Shown piece by piece: positions 1 to 13,319 of a DNA stretch of 64,000 nucleotides. How positions within the stretch are numbered: position 1 is the stretch's first letter; each line of letters opens with the position of its first letter. The stretch is from Botryllus schlosseri (lineage: Eukaryota): assembly GCA_051294905.1 (NCBI GenBank), contig CM119372.1:34908001-34972000 (forward strand). The letters run 5' to 3'. The notes beneath the pieces were generated by a model. That model was not told where the DNA came from, searched no databases, and was given only the letters and a program-made list of their open reading frames with translations. The position numbers and the translations under genes were made by a program.

Positions 1-56
1 CTGACCATAAGCCAAGGAAGGCTTCCAACAAAAAGCAAATATTAGTGACTTATATG

Positions 57-446
57 TAGAGCCCGGCCGATAATGAATTTTTGGGCCGATACCAATAAAA
101 CCGATATCTAACATCTTCACTTCACCGATAACACCGATATATTCAGCGGTTGTTCAAATAAGATGGAATCTACCTCAGAAGGCCCATTTTCAAATTTTCA
201 GGGCATTTATTCTAACAGCTTTACATCCATTGTCGTACTTAAACATGAAATAAACTAGAACGGTCGCATCTGGACACCTTGAAAGAGTAAAAGCTGAATG
301 AAATATAACAATATTCCCAGTCTAGCGGTCAAGCTTTCTGACTTCGGAGCATCATGTTGTGACGTCACAAAAATTGCCGATATTTTTCTCCTCTAATGGC
401 CGATACCGATAATTCTGTCGAAGAAACGATCATCGGTCGGGCTCTA
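57..446. mobile_element. Non-autonomous hAT MITE
   Basis: TIRs TAGAGCCCGGCCGAT / ATCGGTCGGGCTCTA; 8-bp TSD CTTATATG/CTTATAAG (1 mismatch); subterminal CCGATA repeats. Confidence 0.9.
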
Positions 447-519
447 CTTATAAGGCGACTATCACAACTCGAACCTCGTCCGAATTGATTTTTTTCACAT
501 TACAAAGTCGCTTAGTAGT

Positions 520-1200
520 TTTCGTTTTAATCCTCCAAGCAATGCAGCACCAACCGTGATGGCATTTGATTCGATTTGGCAACTTATTCAATCAAAGAGA
601 AGAAATGATCCGAATTCTTTCCTTCATTCGCGCGGCGGCTTAGCATACTTACAAAACAATATTTATTTTAGAATTGCCACAATGAAAATCAGTCAATTGT
701 TAATATCTAGTCTAGTTCATTTTTTCGGTGTCCAAGTTGTTTCCTTAATTCAGTGTGAAGGCAGTCGGCAATCCTTTGATCAGTTTAGCGTGACACTGCT
801 GCGGTTGAAGAACTAGTCGTATATCATCAAAGTTTAATCTAAGCTTGCCATGTGAGCATATCCCAATATCAGTTTCACCAATAGCGATACAATCGAAATA
901 CACTATTCAAAAGTTTGAATACAAGCATAGTACAGGACTTGTCATTCTTTTTCTACGACCTAGTGGTGCCCATTGGTGAGCAGAAATATGGTGGAGCAGT
1001 AATTTTCTCAAGCATGCTTGCACTTGCACATCTAAGATCAAAGATCGACGACAGGGGCCGGCAACTTTTTGTGTGCAGCGTGCCAAAATGTCAAAAAATA
1101 TCAATATTTTACCAGCTTGCGTGCCAAACATTCAATTTATTAATATTTAACGTTTCAAGCAAAGAATAGCACCAACCGTTGCTCTGAAGCTGGCAACGGC
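520..1200 (-). pseudogene. Decayed CR1-like LINE ORF2 C-terminal fragment
   Basis: Minus-strand translation gives LVKLILGYA (cf. LVRPILEYA), QQCHAKLIKGL (cf. QRRATKLIKGL) and NKLP (cf. WNKLP), with stops and frameshifts; boundaries approximate. Confidence 0.55.
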
Positions 1201-2179
1201 ATCCGTCATGCCAGTGATTCTTGATTGGTCGCGAAGGGAATAAATTTTGATCGCTACCGCACCTGACCTAACGCTTACATGTACGTGATAATTACATGAT
1301 TTATTTTCAGTCGCGCAATGGGGCAATGATCGATCTTCTGTGGTTGATTTGGTCGTTTCCAAGTCCACTGTGTTCGGTACCATATATAATAAGTGACAGG
1401 TCAATCAGTGTTGTTACGATGATCTGATCTGATGACGAGGAAAATGTGCCGTCCACCCCTGTATCATTCAAGTCGGTTCGGTGTCACCGCATTAAGTCAC
1501 ATTCAAATCGGTTTGGTGTAGGTCTGACACTACATTGGTATGCAAAGGTCGCGGTGAAGCGGTAAAGATTGCCGGTGCTCCAGATACAATGGAATCGCTT
1601 GCACACCAGACGAAACTAAAACAATAGCTCCTTCCGGGAGACTTCCGCTGGACTATATTTGGCGCTGGTCACTTCGGCGCCATGACAGTGGACATATCAA
1701 TGTCGAACGTTTTGGCCAGCATGTGGCGGTTATTTTGTTTCAAGGTGTTATCGCCGTAAATTATTTTACCAACTTATACAACGCATGAGAGTCGCATGGT
1801 CGCATGTTGTCCGAAACTTTATGTCTAGGCCGTGTCTTCTCTGACGTAAAAATGCCTAGCGCCGGAGTGCCGGTTCATAAGTTGCGCTCCCGTAGGACTC
1901 CTAGACCAAAGCATCCACACGGTTTCAAACGATATTCGATTGACGTTCTTTCATAACTGCTAATACTGTTGACTCAATTCTGTACATTATGCATAGTTTT
2001 TGAAAACATTTTCTATATACATATTTATTTATTGGGGGTTCCCACATCATAATCCATACATCAGGTACCAAGTAATGGCGCGAATCGCGAACAAAAAATT
2101 CACGATAAGTGAAATGTCTATGGCAGTGCTTTTCAAACCTGTGTGACGGTTCGCACTAGTGCCAATGACAAAAGTTTCA

Positions 2180-2290
2180 GTGCGAATGACAAGCGTGGTG
2201 CGAATGGTGCGAACAAAAAATCCGGATGAGTGCGAACGGCAAGCGTGGTGCGAATAGTGCGAATGAAAAATCCGGTTGAGTGCGAATGAA
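2180..2290. repeat. 50-bp tandem repeat (about 2.2 copies), rich in GTGCGAA
   Basis: AAGCGTGGTG recurs at 2191 and 2241; TGCGAA at 2181, 2231 and 2281. Confidence 0.8.
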
Positions 2291-3008
2291 AATTGTCCAT
2301 GTTTCTCACTTTTCTCGACGTGGAATAATTCAAATTAACTTAACACGATATTAAGTACAGTGAGCCCGTAAATTTTGTCGTTTGGACGCAATTCTAAAAA
2401 TATGTTGGAAGCTAGCGGCTTTTCTAGTTCACAAGTGACGAACGCTCACGATGCGTGTATATTGCAAAGTTTGAGAGAATATTTCCGCGCGAGAGGATTA
2501 CGTCACCGCATGGAGAAAAGAAGGAGTGGAATCGGTATCAGTTACTCGTAAACATCCACCGAGTATGGATATTGTGTACGGAACTTGTAGGAATGTAGGT
2601 AATAGTGGCCGATGCCAGTGTTGACATTTGGCACATTTGAATGCAAAATATTGGAATTTTTGCACACATTCATATTGGTTAACAGCATAATTTAGCGTTT
2701 CTTTAACTATAACAATTAGCACATTAGATCTATAACAACTGTTATTTACTCGTGTAGCCTACCTAAGCAAGGATTAGATAAATTAATAAAATTAGTGTAA
2801 GCACATTAGTGTCTTACGTCCAATGAATATTTATCTTGCATCACATCGAAATATTAGGTCACTGAACAGTTTATCTGCTGACCAGTGCAATGGCCTGTTT
2901 GTAATGCGAACTCCACCTTTTAGGCCTAGACACGCATTCCTGTTCCTGAACTGATGATCTCAAGCCAAGTCTAGATCGTAAAGGCATAGGCCTATATTGA
3001 CATATCGG

Positions 3009-4689
3009 CAGGCCTGTTTATTTTTGGATATTGGGTTTTATTTTTGGAGATTCTCCAAAAATAAGATTTGAAAACATCCAAAAATAAAGATTTATTTGGA
3101 TGATGTTTTTTCAAGTTTTTCAGTGAAATAAACAAGTCAGAGCAATGTAAACGACCAGAAAACTCATAAAAACACTCAAAAACAGCATCTATGTGTGGGA
3201 GGGGGTCACCGAAACGCTAAAACTACTTCCACTCAATCCACATCACGTTTCTGCTGACCTTGCCCATCCGCCTTTGTACTCCTATATATATAAGTTTCAC
3301 AGCGCGACACGTAGACAAGACGGGAAGGCAGCTTGAGTGAGGCAAAGGGGACGGCGAAATCATATACCGCCACCTCTGTCACAATCACTTCGTTCACACG
3401 ATGATGGGACTGATCTGCTGATGCTTCAGTCGGCAACACAACCTGATCCAGTAGATGGAAAGTGCGCACCCCATGTTTGTTGACGCTCGTTTATTGTCAA
3501 TGAAGAAGGTGGCCTCTTGGTTGACTGGAGACCGTACCAAACTCCTTGATGTTATGGATGAAAACAGTGCGGCGTGTGCACCTTCGCTGCAGTGGTGGAT
3601 CCATCTGATCGTTCTCGATCGCATGGTCACTTTCTCACAGAGCTGAGCACAACCGTCACGAAGCTTCATGGTCTTGACGTTCTGATCATGGAGCAGCAGG
3701 AGCTCATGCGCCAGGTCGAACGCCTTCGACCTCTGTGTCCAGGGGAGGACTGGAACAACGAGGACCGCCACAAGGTTATTTCTGGTCAGAGGGTGTTGGG
3801 CTGTCAAGTTCAATGAGGCACGCAACTTCGTGGAGGATCCAAGGTTTCAAGCGCATTACTGACGAGCGCTTTTCAGGAGCAAAGGCTTTGAAGACTGGAG
3901 AGTTTGAAGAGTTAGACCAGTGGTTCCCAACGTGGGCGATATCGCCCCCCAGGGGGCGATTTGGCGAGCTAGGGGGCGAAAATGACGAAGGGGGCGACAG
4001 GGGGGCGAAAATGGACAAAGGGGGCGACGGGGGGCGAAAATAGCGAAGGGGGCGATAGGGGGGCGATGACGCGTAGAAACGGCTGACCTTTTTTTTTTTT
4101 TTAGTCATCCACCTAGCAATGTGGAGCGAAAAAACGTTATTTTCAGCTCTGGGCGGAGAAAGATTACCTTTTTTTTTTTTTTTTAGTCAACCCGCCGGTC
4201 ATTACAGTCTGTATGCCCAATTGTCGGTGCACAAAATTTGGGGGGCGATGATCGGTGTTGACCTTGAAAAGGGGGCGATGGGTCGAAAAAGGTTGGGAAC
4301 CACTGAGTTAGACATTCCTCCATTTTTGGACCCCTAAAACCTCGATGTTTCCCACGATTGCGACGTTCGGGGCCGATATCTCGAAAATCAAGTGGGAGGA
4401 GGGTCTCGGCAGCAGGGCGTCTCGCACTGATTCATATTTTTTAGAAGGCATTCTCCAGGCCAAAGACTAAATTTGTGAAGAATGTATTGGAAAGTTAGAT
4501 CAAGATCACTGATGATATCCATGTGATGGAGGACTTGAATACATGATAATAACATATTTTTGGTGGATTTTTTCAGTAGTAATAGGGCTCAAAACACCTT
4601 TATTTCTTATTTTTGGAGAAATTGGAAAACATCCAAAAATAAGCTATTTTTTGTTATTTTTGGAGAAATCCAAAAATAAACAGGCCCTG
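3009..4689 (+). mobile_element. Internally deleted hAT element with transposase remnant
   Basis: TIRs CAGG(G)CCTGTTTATTTTTGGAT; perfect TSD CATATCGG (3001-3008 and 4690-4697); internal frames ...SMKKVASWL...CAPSLQWW...KLHG...QQ resemble a hAT transposase. Confidence 0.85.
3918..4305. mobile_element. Buster/Charlie-type hAT MITE nested in 3009-4689
   Basis: TIRs CAGTGGTTCCCAAC; perfect TSD AGTTAGAC; GGGGCGA subterminal repeats; relatives at 55192-55367 and about 15850-15912. Confidence 0.95.
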
Positions 4690-6229
4690 CATATCGGTGA
4701 TGCCACTAAGCTTGCTGATCGGTAGGAAAAGTTTGCCTAGTTTGTGTTTGTACCGCCTTTGTACTACAAACTTTGCAATATTCCGAACTCTACCGATTTA
4801 CTTTGAACACCGTCTTCATAGCAAAATCAAATCCCCCAAGACGTATGTCTTACGATATTTCTTCTGCAGCCTAATTGAACCGTATTTTGACTGTTGAAAC
4901 TTATTCCTCCTTATGTATAAGGATATGATGGTATATGTAACGATAATTTGGCATTATTTCAGTCAGTTTCTCCAATATTGTACGATTGACCTAAGAGCTA
5001 TCCCGCAGTTGGCTACCCGGGCCGATATAACTGTGTGTTAATCGTGAATCTTATGTAAGTAATAATTATTCAAGAAGGTGCAAGTGTTGGATTTTACAAC
5101 ACAAGGATGCCGAGCGTTGTTATTGAAAGAATATGTTGATTTTATGTACTTCATGGATAAGAAGTGAATGAAGCCTAAGCTTACCCATAAATAACACAGT
5201 CATCAATTACTCGGATTGTGTGGGTTTGTATAGCAATACATTTCTGATTTCAAGGCCCACCCGTACCATCCAATCGGCTAACATACCTTAGTACGCGAAG
5301 CATCTTTTCGAATGTTGTCAGAAAAATGAACAAAGGTGCTAGTCACAACATTGATGCTACGATTTCAAGTGCAGTTTCACTATTTTGTGCGCTCTAAATA
5401 CGAACACATTCACGTCGCGATGACATAACATGTGTATTTAGTGGCAACAGGTGATATTGTAGCGAATGAATATTGTTCCTGGGTTCGCCCTTTAAGCTTC
5501 GAAGGAAATCACTGCACGATACCTCCAGAAAATGCAACGAACTACTTGAGAACAAAGGGAGTGCGATATCTGTGATTTTTTTACTGCAGTGATTTTAGTG
5601 CTTGATTAATCAATAATACAATACGCTGAATGCTAAATAATGAAGTCTCTGTACCTCCAAGAAGCTCTTCGAATACAAAAGTGATAAGTTTCTTCATTTT
5701 CTTGTCGTGTACTAAATTTCGGCTGACTGGTGCGAATGAAATTGTTTTTCAAGAAAAAGGGCGAATGGAGCTCAAAAAGGTTGAAAAGCTCTGGTCTATG
5801 GTATATTCACTATATTGTGTTGATTTACGAAATAATTTGGGATCGCCTACGATCTTTGTACATTTGAAAAAACTTGTGTTTTTACCTTTTGCAAGAAGAA
5901 CCTAGGTCTCAATATGTCATTTGCGTGAAATCATTTGGCGTGCCATGAAAAATCATCTGGCGTGCCACGAATGCCACGCGTGCCGGGGTTTGGCGACCCC
6001 TGAATTCTACGACAACACAACTACAGGGGATATCAAAAATCGTTAGTTGATAGGGATAGATATTGTTGATGATATTGAGTTATTTTAGCATTTGAACTTG
6101 ACACATCCGCAATTTCTTCTGTCGATATGCATTGTCAATAGTCCGTGAAATATTTAAAGATTGGCCATTCGTCCTTTGAAAAGCAATCTACCATTTCGCG
6201 TGTCGAGAGCCGTCGAGATAGGACGAAGA

Positions 6230-6604
6230 GTGACTCGCCTATTTGACGACGATCCATTCACAAAGCCGTCAGTCGCGTAGCAATAGAACAGTTAGGCCTA
6301 TCCAGCTTTCTCCGGCTATACGCGTCGATTTTTGTGTGTATTTCTGCAATAAGAGGACAACTAGGTTATGTCAGGTAGTGGCTGAGCGCATAGACGATCG
6401 GCAGATAAAGATATCCCTTACCCGAACTTCGATAAGGTAGCGTCAGTAAATTTAGCAAGATTATCGAGTGAAATATCGGTGGTCGAAGGTTATGAGAAGC
6501 GACCAATACAACTCGCTGTCTTCAAACAATTCGCCATATTCTGAATTTTATAGTCAGCAATGAAGTAAATGCAAAAGTCCTATACTCTGGGTACATTGTC
6601 ATAA
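6230..6604 (+). pseudogene. 5' fragment (UTR plus ORF1 start) of an I-group LINE related to 16281-19125
   Basis: ATG at 6368 reads MSGSG*AHRRSADKDIPYPNFDKVASVN, matching MSGSGGAQKRSADSELPGPSSKEVATGN at 16425; upstream CGCGTAGCA is shared. Confidence 0.75.
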
Positions 6605-6965
6605 CTAGGGCGGATTTGACATGTCAAAATTTGTCAAAATTTTGTCAAAATTGTAGCGTTACGTCAAAATTTGTCAAAATTTTTCATGAAGTCAAAAAAA
6701 TTTTGACGTCTGCATTTTGTTTGTATTGTAGATTTTGCACTGTCGGTGAACTTATAATTTGATATCTTACCGCTTTTAGCCTATTTTATAGGCCTGCCGT
6801 TGTAAACGGCTAATCGTCTGCCCATTGTGAATCATAAACGTTCAAATAAAACAAATAATAGGTAGACATGGTGTTATATGGTCAACGTACCGCAATATCC
6901 TAAATGAAGAAAGACTTCTTGTGCATCGCATCATTCTTACATCAAGAAGCGCATGATGAAAAATT

Positions 6966-7150
6966 GCACGAGCGGGATTATCAAACAAATGTTTGCCAAT
7001 GGCATAGTTTCTGGCCGTTGATCGTTCAGCATCAAACTTTAGCTTCACCGAATGCGCGTTTTCTACGATGTTAATAAACAATGTTCTTTCCAATTCTCTA
7101 CTGTTTGCTGAAAATAAATGGGTTCATTTCAATATTGTACTTTCAGATTT
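6966..7150 (-). pseudogene. Penelope-like GIY-YIG endonuclease fragment
   Basis: MERTLFIN...DAERSTARNYAIGKHLFDNP, homologous to ORF 8087-8407. Confidence 0.75.
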
Positions 7151-7242
7151 GAATTTCACTTTCACGATAGAAACTCTCTGCGGGCCGGTCAAAATCCCTG
7201 CGCGGCCGGCTCCGGCCCGCGGGCCGTATGTTGCCAGCCCTT

Positions 7243-7548
7243 GGTCATTTCTGCCACGACAATGGTTTCAGTAATTCAGCCCTTTGTGATGTTTCGGACG
7301 ACGTCTATGCTCGCTCTCTTTCATCATCGGTATCTGTCGTTTTTCATGCGCTCATAGCTTGAGATTTGCTGCCTTAGACTCACCTTCACTCGGGGCTCTG
7401 GAAACGCTGCTACGGCAGTCAGGTCAGCGACTAGCCGCCCAGAGAAACCTCCGACACATAGAATTTGTGTCCGAACCGGGATTCGAACCACTGACATCTG
7501 GGTATAGTGTAGTGATTCTGGCGCTTGACCAACTGCGCTGAATGGTAG
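7243..7548 (-). mobile_element. tRNA-derived SINE (family A)
   Basis: Minus strand has A-box-like AGCGCAGTTGG and B-box GGTTCGAATCC; body homologous to 59543-59670 and 60636-60739. Confidence 0.8.
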
Positions 7549-7589
7549 ACATCGGTAAGCACAAGCTAACTAAGTGTAAATATTATTAT

Positions 7590-8407
7590 TTAGCAAGGCC
7601 AGGTCGAACAAGACGATATGAATCCTTTTGTGTTCTGGATTTCGATTCATTGGATCTACTAAACTTACTTGAAGACGCCAGACGACGTAATCAAGCTTAC
7701 GAACCATCTCAGACGTAGGCACATCTCCGTCATCTCATCCGCGTGAGCGGTGTCTCAAAAGTACTAGAAGTGGGGCGTGCTACATGTCGGCAGTTACGGA
7801 ATCAAAAATACGGACCATCGGCTAGGAGTAAATTACCATTTTTTAATCATCAAACACCATGAATACCACAAACAACCACAACCTCGCACACGTTTGCCTT
7901 ACAAGTTGACATTTCACATTCAAGAACTATCAGACGGAGAAGTTACCGTGGTGAAGGATGCCTATTTCCAATAGCGTAATCAGTGTGAAACAAATTCAAA
8001 CATTAAATAGTATATTCATATTGAAATGAACCCGAATATTTTCGGCTGATACTCGCCAGGGGTAATCGTCAGCAACTAGTAGAGAATTGGAAAGGACATT
8101 GTATATCAACAATCGTATCACAAAATTTATCAGAACACGTGCGTCACGCTCAATGAAAAGCTCACCCTTAACTCATCCACTTAAGATTGATGCTGATCGA
8201 TCAAAGGCCATTAATTCTGCCATCGGCAAACATCTGTTGGATAATCCGATTTGTGCGAATAATTATCGAGACGACCGATTTCGAATCGTAGGGCGAGGCC
8301 GTTCACAATTCCATTTGTGTGCCTTGGAATCAACTTTTATCAAAATACACCAACCAAAACTCTGTCAACAAAAGGAGTTCGTGTACCACCTAAAAATAGT
8401 ACATTGA
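7590..8407 (+). pseudogene. Penelope-like retroelement 3' fragment (RT thumb remnant plus GIY-YIG C-terminus)
   Basis: SAIGKHLLDNPICANNYRDDRFRIVGRGRSQFHLCALESTFIKIHQPKLCQQKEF is the typical C-terminal part of a PLE GIY-YIG domain; upstream portion disrupted. Confidence 0.85.
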
Positions 8408-8419
8408 ACGCCCTCGGCC

Positions 8420-9599
8420 TACGCATGCGGTCCGCGTGCGGTCCGCATGCGGCCCGGACACCATTTTGTGCGGCCCGCGAAGGCATCGAGAAACGTGATA
8501 GAAATGTTGATAAAAATGTGACGTAATAAATCAAATTACTAGAGCGACTTGATTGAACCTTTTTTTAAATACATTTTATCATGAAATTAAGTTGTAGCCT
8601 AATCTTACTGTTGCAATTTCTTATTTTATTGTTATTAAAATAGCCCTAACCTATAGGGGCCTACGCATTTTTAAACGCTTCGGTTGCTAAATATCCAATA
8701 CAATCAAAACTTAAATAAGTGAGTTCGGATCACGATTGTGATTTCAGAGTAGAATTTTCAGTGCTGTACTTGAAAAAAAACGATTCGTGCGTGTGTTTGG
8801 TGGATTCGTCCTCTATATGCGCAGTTAGTTGCAAATCATTCATAACTTCGGTCTGACCTCATCCATAACCAGTAGTCCAAAGCAATACGGAAGCGGAGTG
8901 CAAAGCGGAAAGCGGAAAGTTGATGATGAATGCTGCTGCAATCAATAAAGAATCAACTTATAGGTGGGCCTATACTTCCGTTCCGGCGCTTATGGTAACG
9001 CAATAAATATTATTGACATATGACATTATTATAATGAATTCGTTCGTTCGAGGCCAACCCTTACCGGGCCAGGATACATGAAGACCGTATGATCTGGCCA
9101 GCATATCGATATGTGAAGTTTGGTGCCAAAACCTGCCGGCGATAAAACCAAAATGACCGTCCCCGGTTGGCTAATACCTTCAATATTTATATGTCCGGTC
9201 GTCGAAATGGTTGGTACCGAACAGTCCGAGTGGAAAGTCAGTACAAGTGCGACCCGTGGTCGAATACCTCACTCTGATTTGAAATCCCCCGCGTGAGTCA
9301 GGCATTTCCCATGGAGCTGCATTGCGTACAACTGCTGTCTGCGAGTTCTCTATATCGTATACATGCCCGTAAAATGTAGCATAGTTATATTTAAAATGCA
9401 TACGATTTGATGTGTGAGGCTTGGGTCGCAAGATGCCACTAAAACTAGTCAAAATGGTTTAAGTCCACTGCTTTATAGCCTATAATAGAATAAAAGCTTG
9501 CGTTGTGGCTTATAATAACGATATTACTATATAGTGCGGCCCGCGAATCAATTCAAATGCTGAATGCGGCCCGCGAGCCGAATAGTTTGCCCACCGCTG
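8420..9599 (+). mobile_element. Buster/SPIN-type hAT derivative, left TIR missing
   Basis: GCGGCCCG subterminal repeats at both ends; right TIR TTTGCCCACCGCTG; KRKVDDEC at 8910-8933 resembles the Buster transposase N-terminus. Confidence 0.7.
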
Positions 9600-9664
9600 A
9601 CATAAAGGAACTGCTCCACACTGATTTGACGTCAGATCAGTCTGATTAAAAACACCTTGTAGCC

Positions 9665-10056
9665 TAGGCTTACCAAAATTTGGAAATCTAAAAAGAGGAC
9701 ACTTTTTCAGAAATTTGAGACTTGCAAGAGAAGAATTCTCAAAAATCGGTTAATTTCTCCCACTTTGTGATCGGTTGACTAAAAAAAAAAAAAACGTCAC
9801 CTTTTCCGCTGAGAGCTCAAAATACCGTTTTTTCTTTCCGCATTTCTAGGTTGATGACTAAAAAAAAGGTCATCTTTCCGCCCAGAGCTAAAATCACCGT
9901 TTTTCACTCCGAAATACCCGCCGGAGCGTCACTTCTGTGCTGATTTACGGCATATCACTCGCAATTTGCTCTAAATCTGACCTAAATTTTCAAAAAAGAG
10001 GACAAAATCTCAAAAAAGAGGACAAATCCTCTTAAAAGAGGACGTATGGTAACCGA
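9665..10056. mobile_element. Blackjack-like hAT MITE (family P)
   Basis: Ends TAGGCTTACCA / TGGTAACCGA; perfect TSD TTGTAGCC; AGAGGAC repeats; relatives at 54888-55037 and 60873-61161. Confidence 0.9.
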
Positions 10057-10259
10057 TTGTAGCCCATGTGTAGACGCAACTTGTCACCACACACTAATAA
10101 ACTTCATTCGATAGTCCATGCATTTGATTGTGACGTAATTAATTAGTATTTCAGAATTTTTGTGTTGCGGCTCTTTTAAAACAGGTCTGCCCACCCCTGT
10201 ATATTTTTCGTGTGCTGCGATGCGACCAATCGAGGTTTGCAGCCTTCATCAGTATAAAA

Positions 10260-11045
10260 CAGTGGTTCCCAAACGGTGGGGAATTCCCCACTGGTGGGGA
10301 ATGTTGGGATTTCTTGTGGGGAATAGACTCACTTTTGAGGAAATCTTTACAGTATTATTCTTTTTTATAAAATTCCGTTTTGGAATGCCGGTCGTAACTT
10401 TAATATATCTTAGCTCATTTGCAATTCAGCGATTCATACTATCAGTGCCTCCAATTAGCGAGAATCGCCTGGGTGTAGCGACACGCGATCTCAAGCAAAT
10501 GTTTTTATTCATTTGTACACCATCATCGGTCATGAAACGTAGTAACAGAAAATCCCTGATTCATTGTAATATGAGCTCATATTTCAAGTTATTTTAGTGG
10601 TTTGTGAAAGTGCAGTTTACGGCGGCTTGTACACCATATATATAGGCTACATCACACGCATTAGTTCGTCAACATCAGGAAGTTTATCTGAACCATGTAT
10701 GCTACCGCATTTTCCTATGTAAATTGATGCTACCCCGCCACAGTTAGTTGGAAAATTTTTCAAACTCCTCCTATTCTTCTGTTGGCTACGCGCCGGGGTA
10801 GATACATATATTTATGGAGGTGCATTTACGGTTACCAGTTCACTGCTGTGGTAATTTTAATGCGTGCTGATCAATTCCGGGGATCTTAACAACCCCCAAC
10901 AGCACGTATACTTACTAAGCAAAGTGTTGCAAAATCTTATTTGACGTAGCATTTTTAAAGAGGGATATAGAGATTTTAGGTGGGGAATGAAGGCTCGGAA
11001 TAATTCGGAAGTGGGGAATTAAGATAAAAAGGTTGGGAACCACTG
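10260..11045. mobile_element. Buster/Charlie-type hAT MITE
   Basis: TIRs CAGTGGTTCCCAA; perfect TSD GTATAAAA; GTGGGGAAT subterminal repeats. Confidence 0.95.
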
Positions 11046-12802
11046 GTATAAAAGGACAGCGTAACTATAAAACGATAAATTAATTCTAAGTAGCTAGGAG
11101 CATATAATCTCAGTACTCGAACAAAATCATCTTTCGCTATACTCTATACTCCAGGGGTTCTCAACTTTCCATGTATAACGCGCCGCATTTCAACAGCAGA
11201 AGATGCTGCAGGCCGCAAAACATTATTGCCATGTATTTCTGGGCTACTATTAAATTTAGGCTACTAAAGCCTTTTACCTTGTATTTTTATACATTCTAAA
11301 GCATTAATGGACAGCGTTCGTAAGTTTGCAATTGCTGTTTTTGTGTGAATATGTATATTCCGGCGGTGCAAGTAAATCACTTCAGGTATCGTGCATTGCA
11401 TTATTTGCCAAATCGGTATATGTACCTTCAAACCCTCTCACCAGAGAACGGAACTCTATGTTTCAATGCGTGAGCGAGCAAGTATAAATCACGGTAACTT
11501 TCTCGTTAAAGAGGCCATTATCATTTTGAGCTCTCAGTGATATGAGAAAGTCTGGCGTTTCGGGTCATTTCTGGCAAACCAATTATTAACCCTTCTCCTT
11601 TCCTTCCATGGCTGGAGCCCAGCAACAATATTTGCAGAAGTCAGCTTTGTCAAGTTGATGTTTTACGCTGTTCCTCTACCCAGGTTTGCCTTGCCAGCAT
11701 TTATGTCCACTCTGATAAGATGCACCCAGAAAATTAGCTATGTAATGTCCGTGGAGTCGGTGAATTAGTCTAATGCTAGGCTAAAATAGTCTACGCGGCG
11801 ACGTGTTTCAGAACCTGCGATAAAAGATCGACTGGCATTGCAGCTGATACTCGTCTGGTCACTGTTGAATCAGACAACTGTAGCCTCGAAATCTATCAGG
11901 TGATGTTCTCCCTGCTGTTAAGTTCCGGAAACAGCGAATATTCGCATAGTACAGTGGTTCCCAACGCTTTTCGAATAACAGATTCCTTCTCAAGCTTGAC
12001 ATGAATTTTCGCCCCCAATATTTACGGATCCAAAAAGAGGACATTGGGGAACTTTATTCATCTAATTCTGATCGCTGGTGGATTGACAAAGAATTGGGTC
12101 ATTTCCCGAGTAGGTGCTCCAAAAACCGTCTTGCAAGTTAATTTTCCGTTTAGTTATGACTAGGACGATTTTTGTACATGGAAAATGGAAGATTTTAACC
12201 TAATAAATCGCAATTTTTACATTTTTTGACCCTAAAAAGTTTGCCCAAATTTTGACCTGATGTTTGTAAATTAGGTGTTTTCCATATAATGTTAGAATTC
12301 TGCTACTTATCTTCATTTCTGTTTGGAACTGTCTGTCCTTACAACTTTTGACTTCAAAACTAACAAATTTGTACACGATAAAACATCATTTTAGGGAAAT
12401 CTGGACGTATGAAGAATTCCAGTAGTTATCTCACTCATTATGGTAGAAATAAATCAGATTTGTAGTAGTTCAACGAAAGATACTTTCCTACATTCTCGGG
12501 TAGAAAGTGTTTGTCCTGGCTACGTAGCTTGCCAAAAACGGAGAAAGAACGTTAAACAGCAGCAATTGTTGGCTGGCAACGCTGAAGTTGTGCGTATACA
12601 CTGCTGGTGATACACCGTGTTGCTTCATTCTGACAATGTTGTGGTTCTCAACCGGTGGTCCGCGGACCGGTGCCCGTCCGCCAGACATAATAAAATTTTA
12701 TACGTTAATTGTAAATGCAATTAATAAAATAATTAAAACATTCAAAACAGCGTCAGTTCATTAATTTACACCAGGCGTGCCAAACTCAACTGACGTCGCG
12801 GA

Positions 12803-13319
12803 TAGGGCTGGGCAAAATCGAGTACCTGAGTGATTCGATTCTGAATCACGTGATATGCTTCGAGTCGAGTCGAGTAATCGAGTAGCACTCATTATGACGT
12901 CATAACAGAATGTAATATGTCAAAGTTCAAATATGTACCTTTTATGCGACCACAATGAATATAATGCCTGTTATCCATCACATTAAAGATACTTTGCTAT
13001 TTTTTCGACCATACCGATTTCATTGCACTTGGTGACAATGTATGGGGATGATCATGACTTCGGAAATGTGCTCTTTCCAATAACGTTTGTAGCTCTGTAC
13101 TGTATGTTTCGTATGATACCGATACGATATCAAGGTTCTAAGGCTTCAACAGTGAATATTATTATCGAAACTATAATTCTCGTTGATCAATTAACTTCCA
13201 GTTGCGAGGAGCGTATAATTTCAGTACTCGAAAAAAATCGTATTTAACTACTCGACTCGAATCATTAAAATGTATGCTCGATTCATATTCGAGTACTCGA
13301 ATCATTGTGCCCAGCCCTA
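12803..13319. mobile_element. Ac-type hAT MITE (family R), innermost nested
   Basis: TIRs TAGGGCTGGGCA; perfect TSD GTCGCGGA; TCGAGT subterminal repeats; second copy at 62836-63350. Confidence 0.95.

Noticed and set aside
1429..1445. CTGATGACGAGGAAA as a minimal hammerhead
   Set aside because: There is no credible stem II, and no flanking stems.
3735..4108. Gly-rich and Pro-rich ORFs on both strands
   Set aside because: They are translations of the MITE's GGGGCGA subterminal repeats.
7285..7330. Hammerhead-like motif in SINE A (minus strand CCGATGATGAAAGA...GTCCGAAAC; also 59597-59637)
   Set aside because: It lacks a canonical CUGANGA core, and I could not build stems I-III consistently in both copies. 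An Infernal search of the family consensus would settle it.
11152..12000. Orphan MITE ends (11152, 11952; also near 5775, 6002, 23506, 23761, 24763, 42143, 53176)
   Set aside because: Each is a single terminus without a partner or TSD, so its extent cannot be defined.
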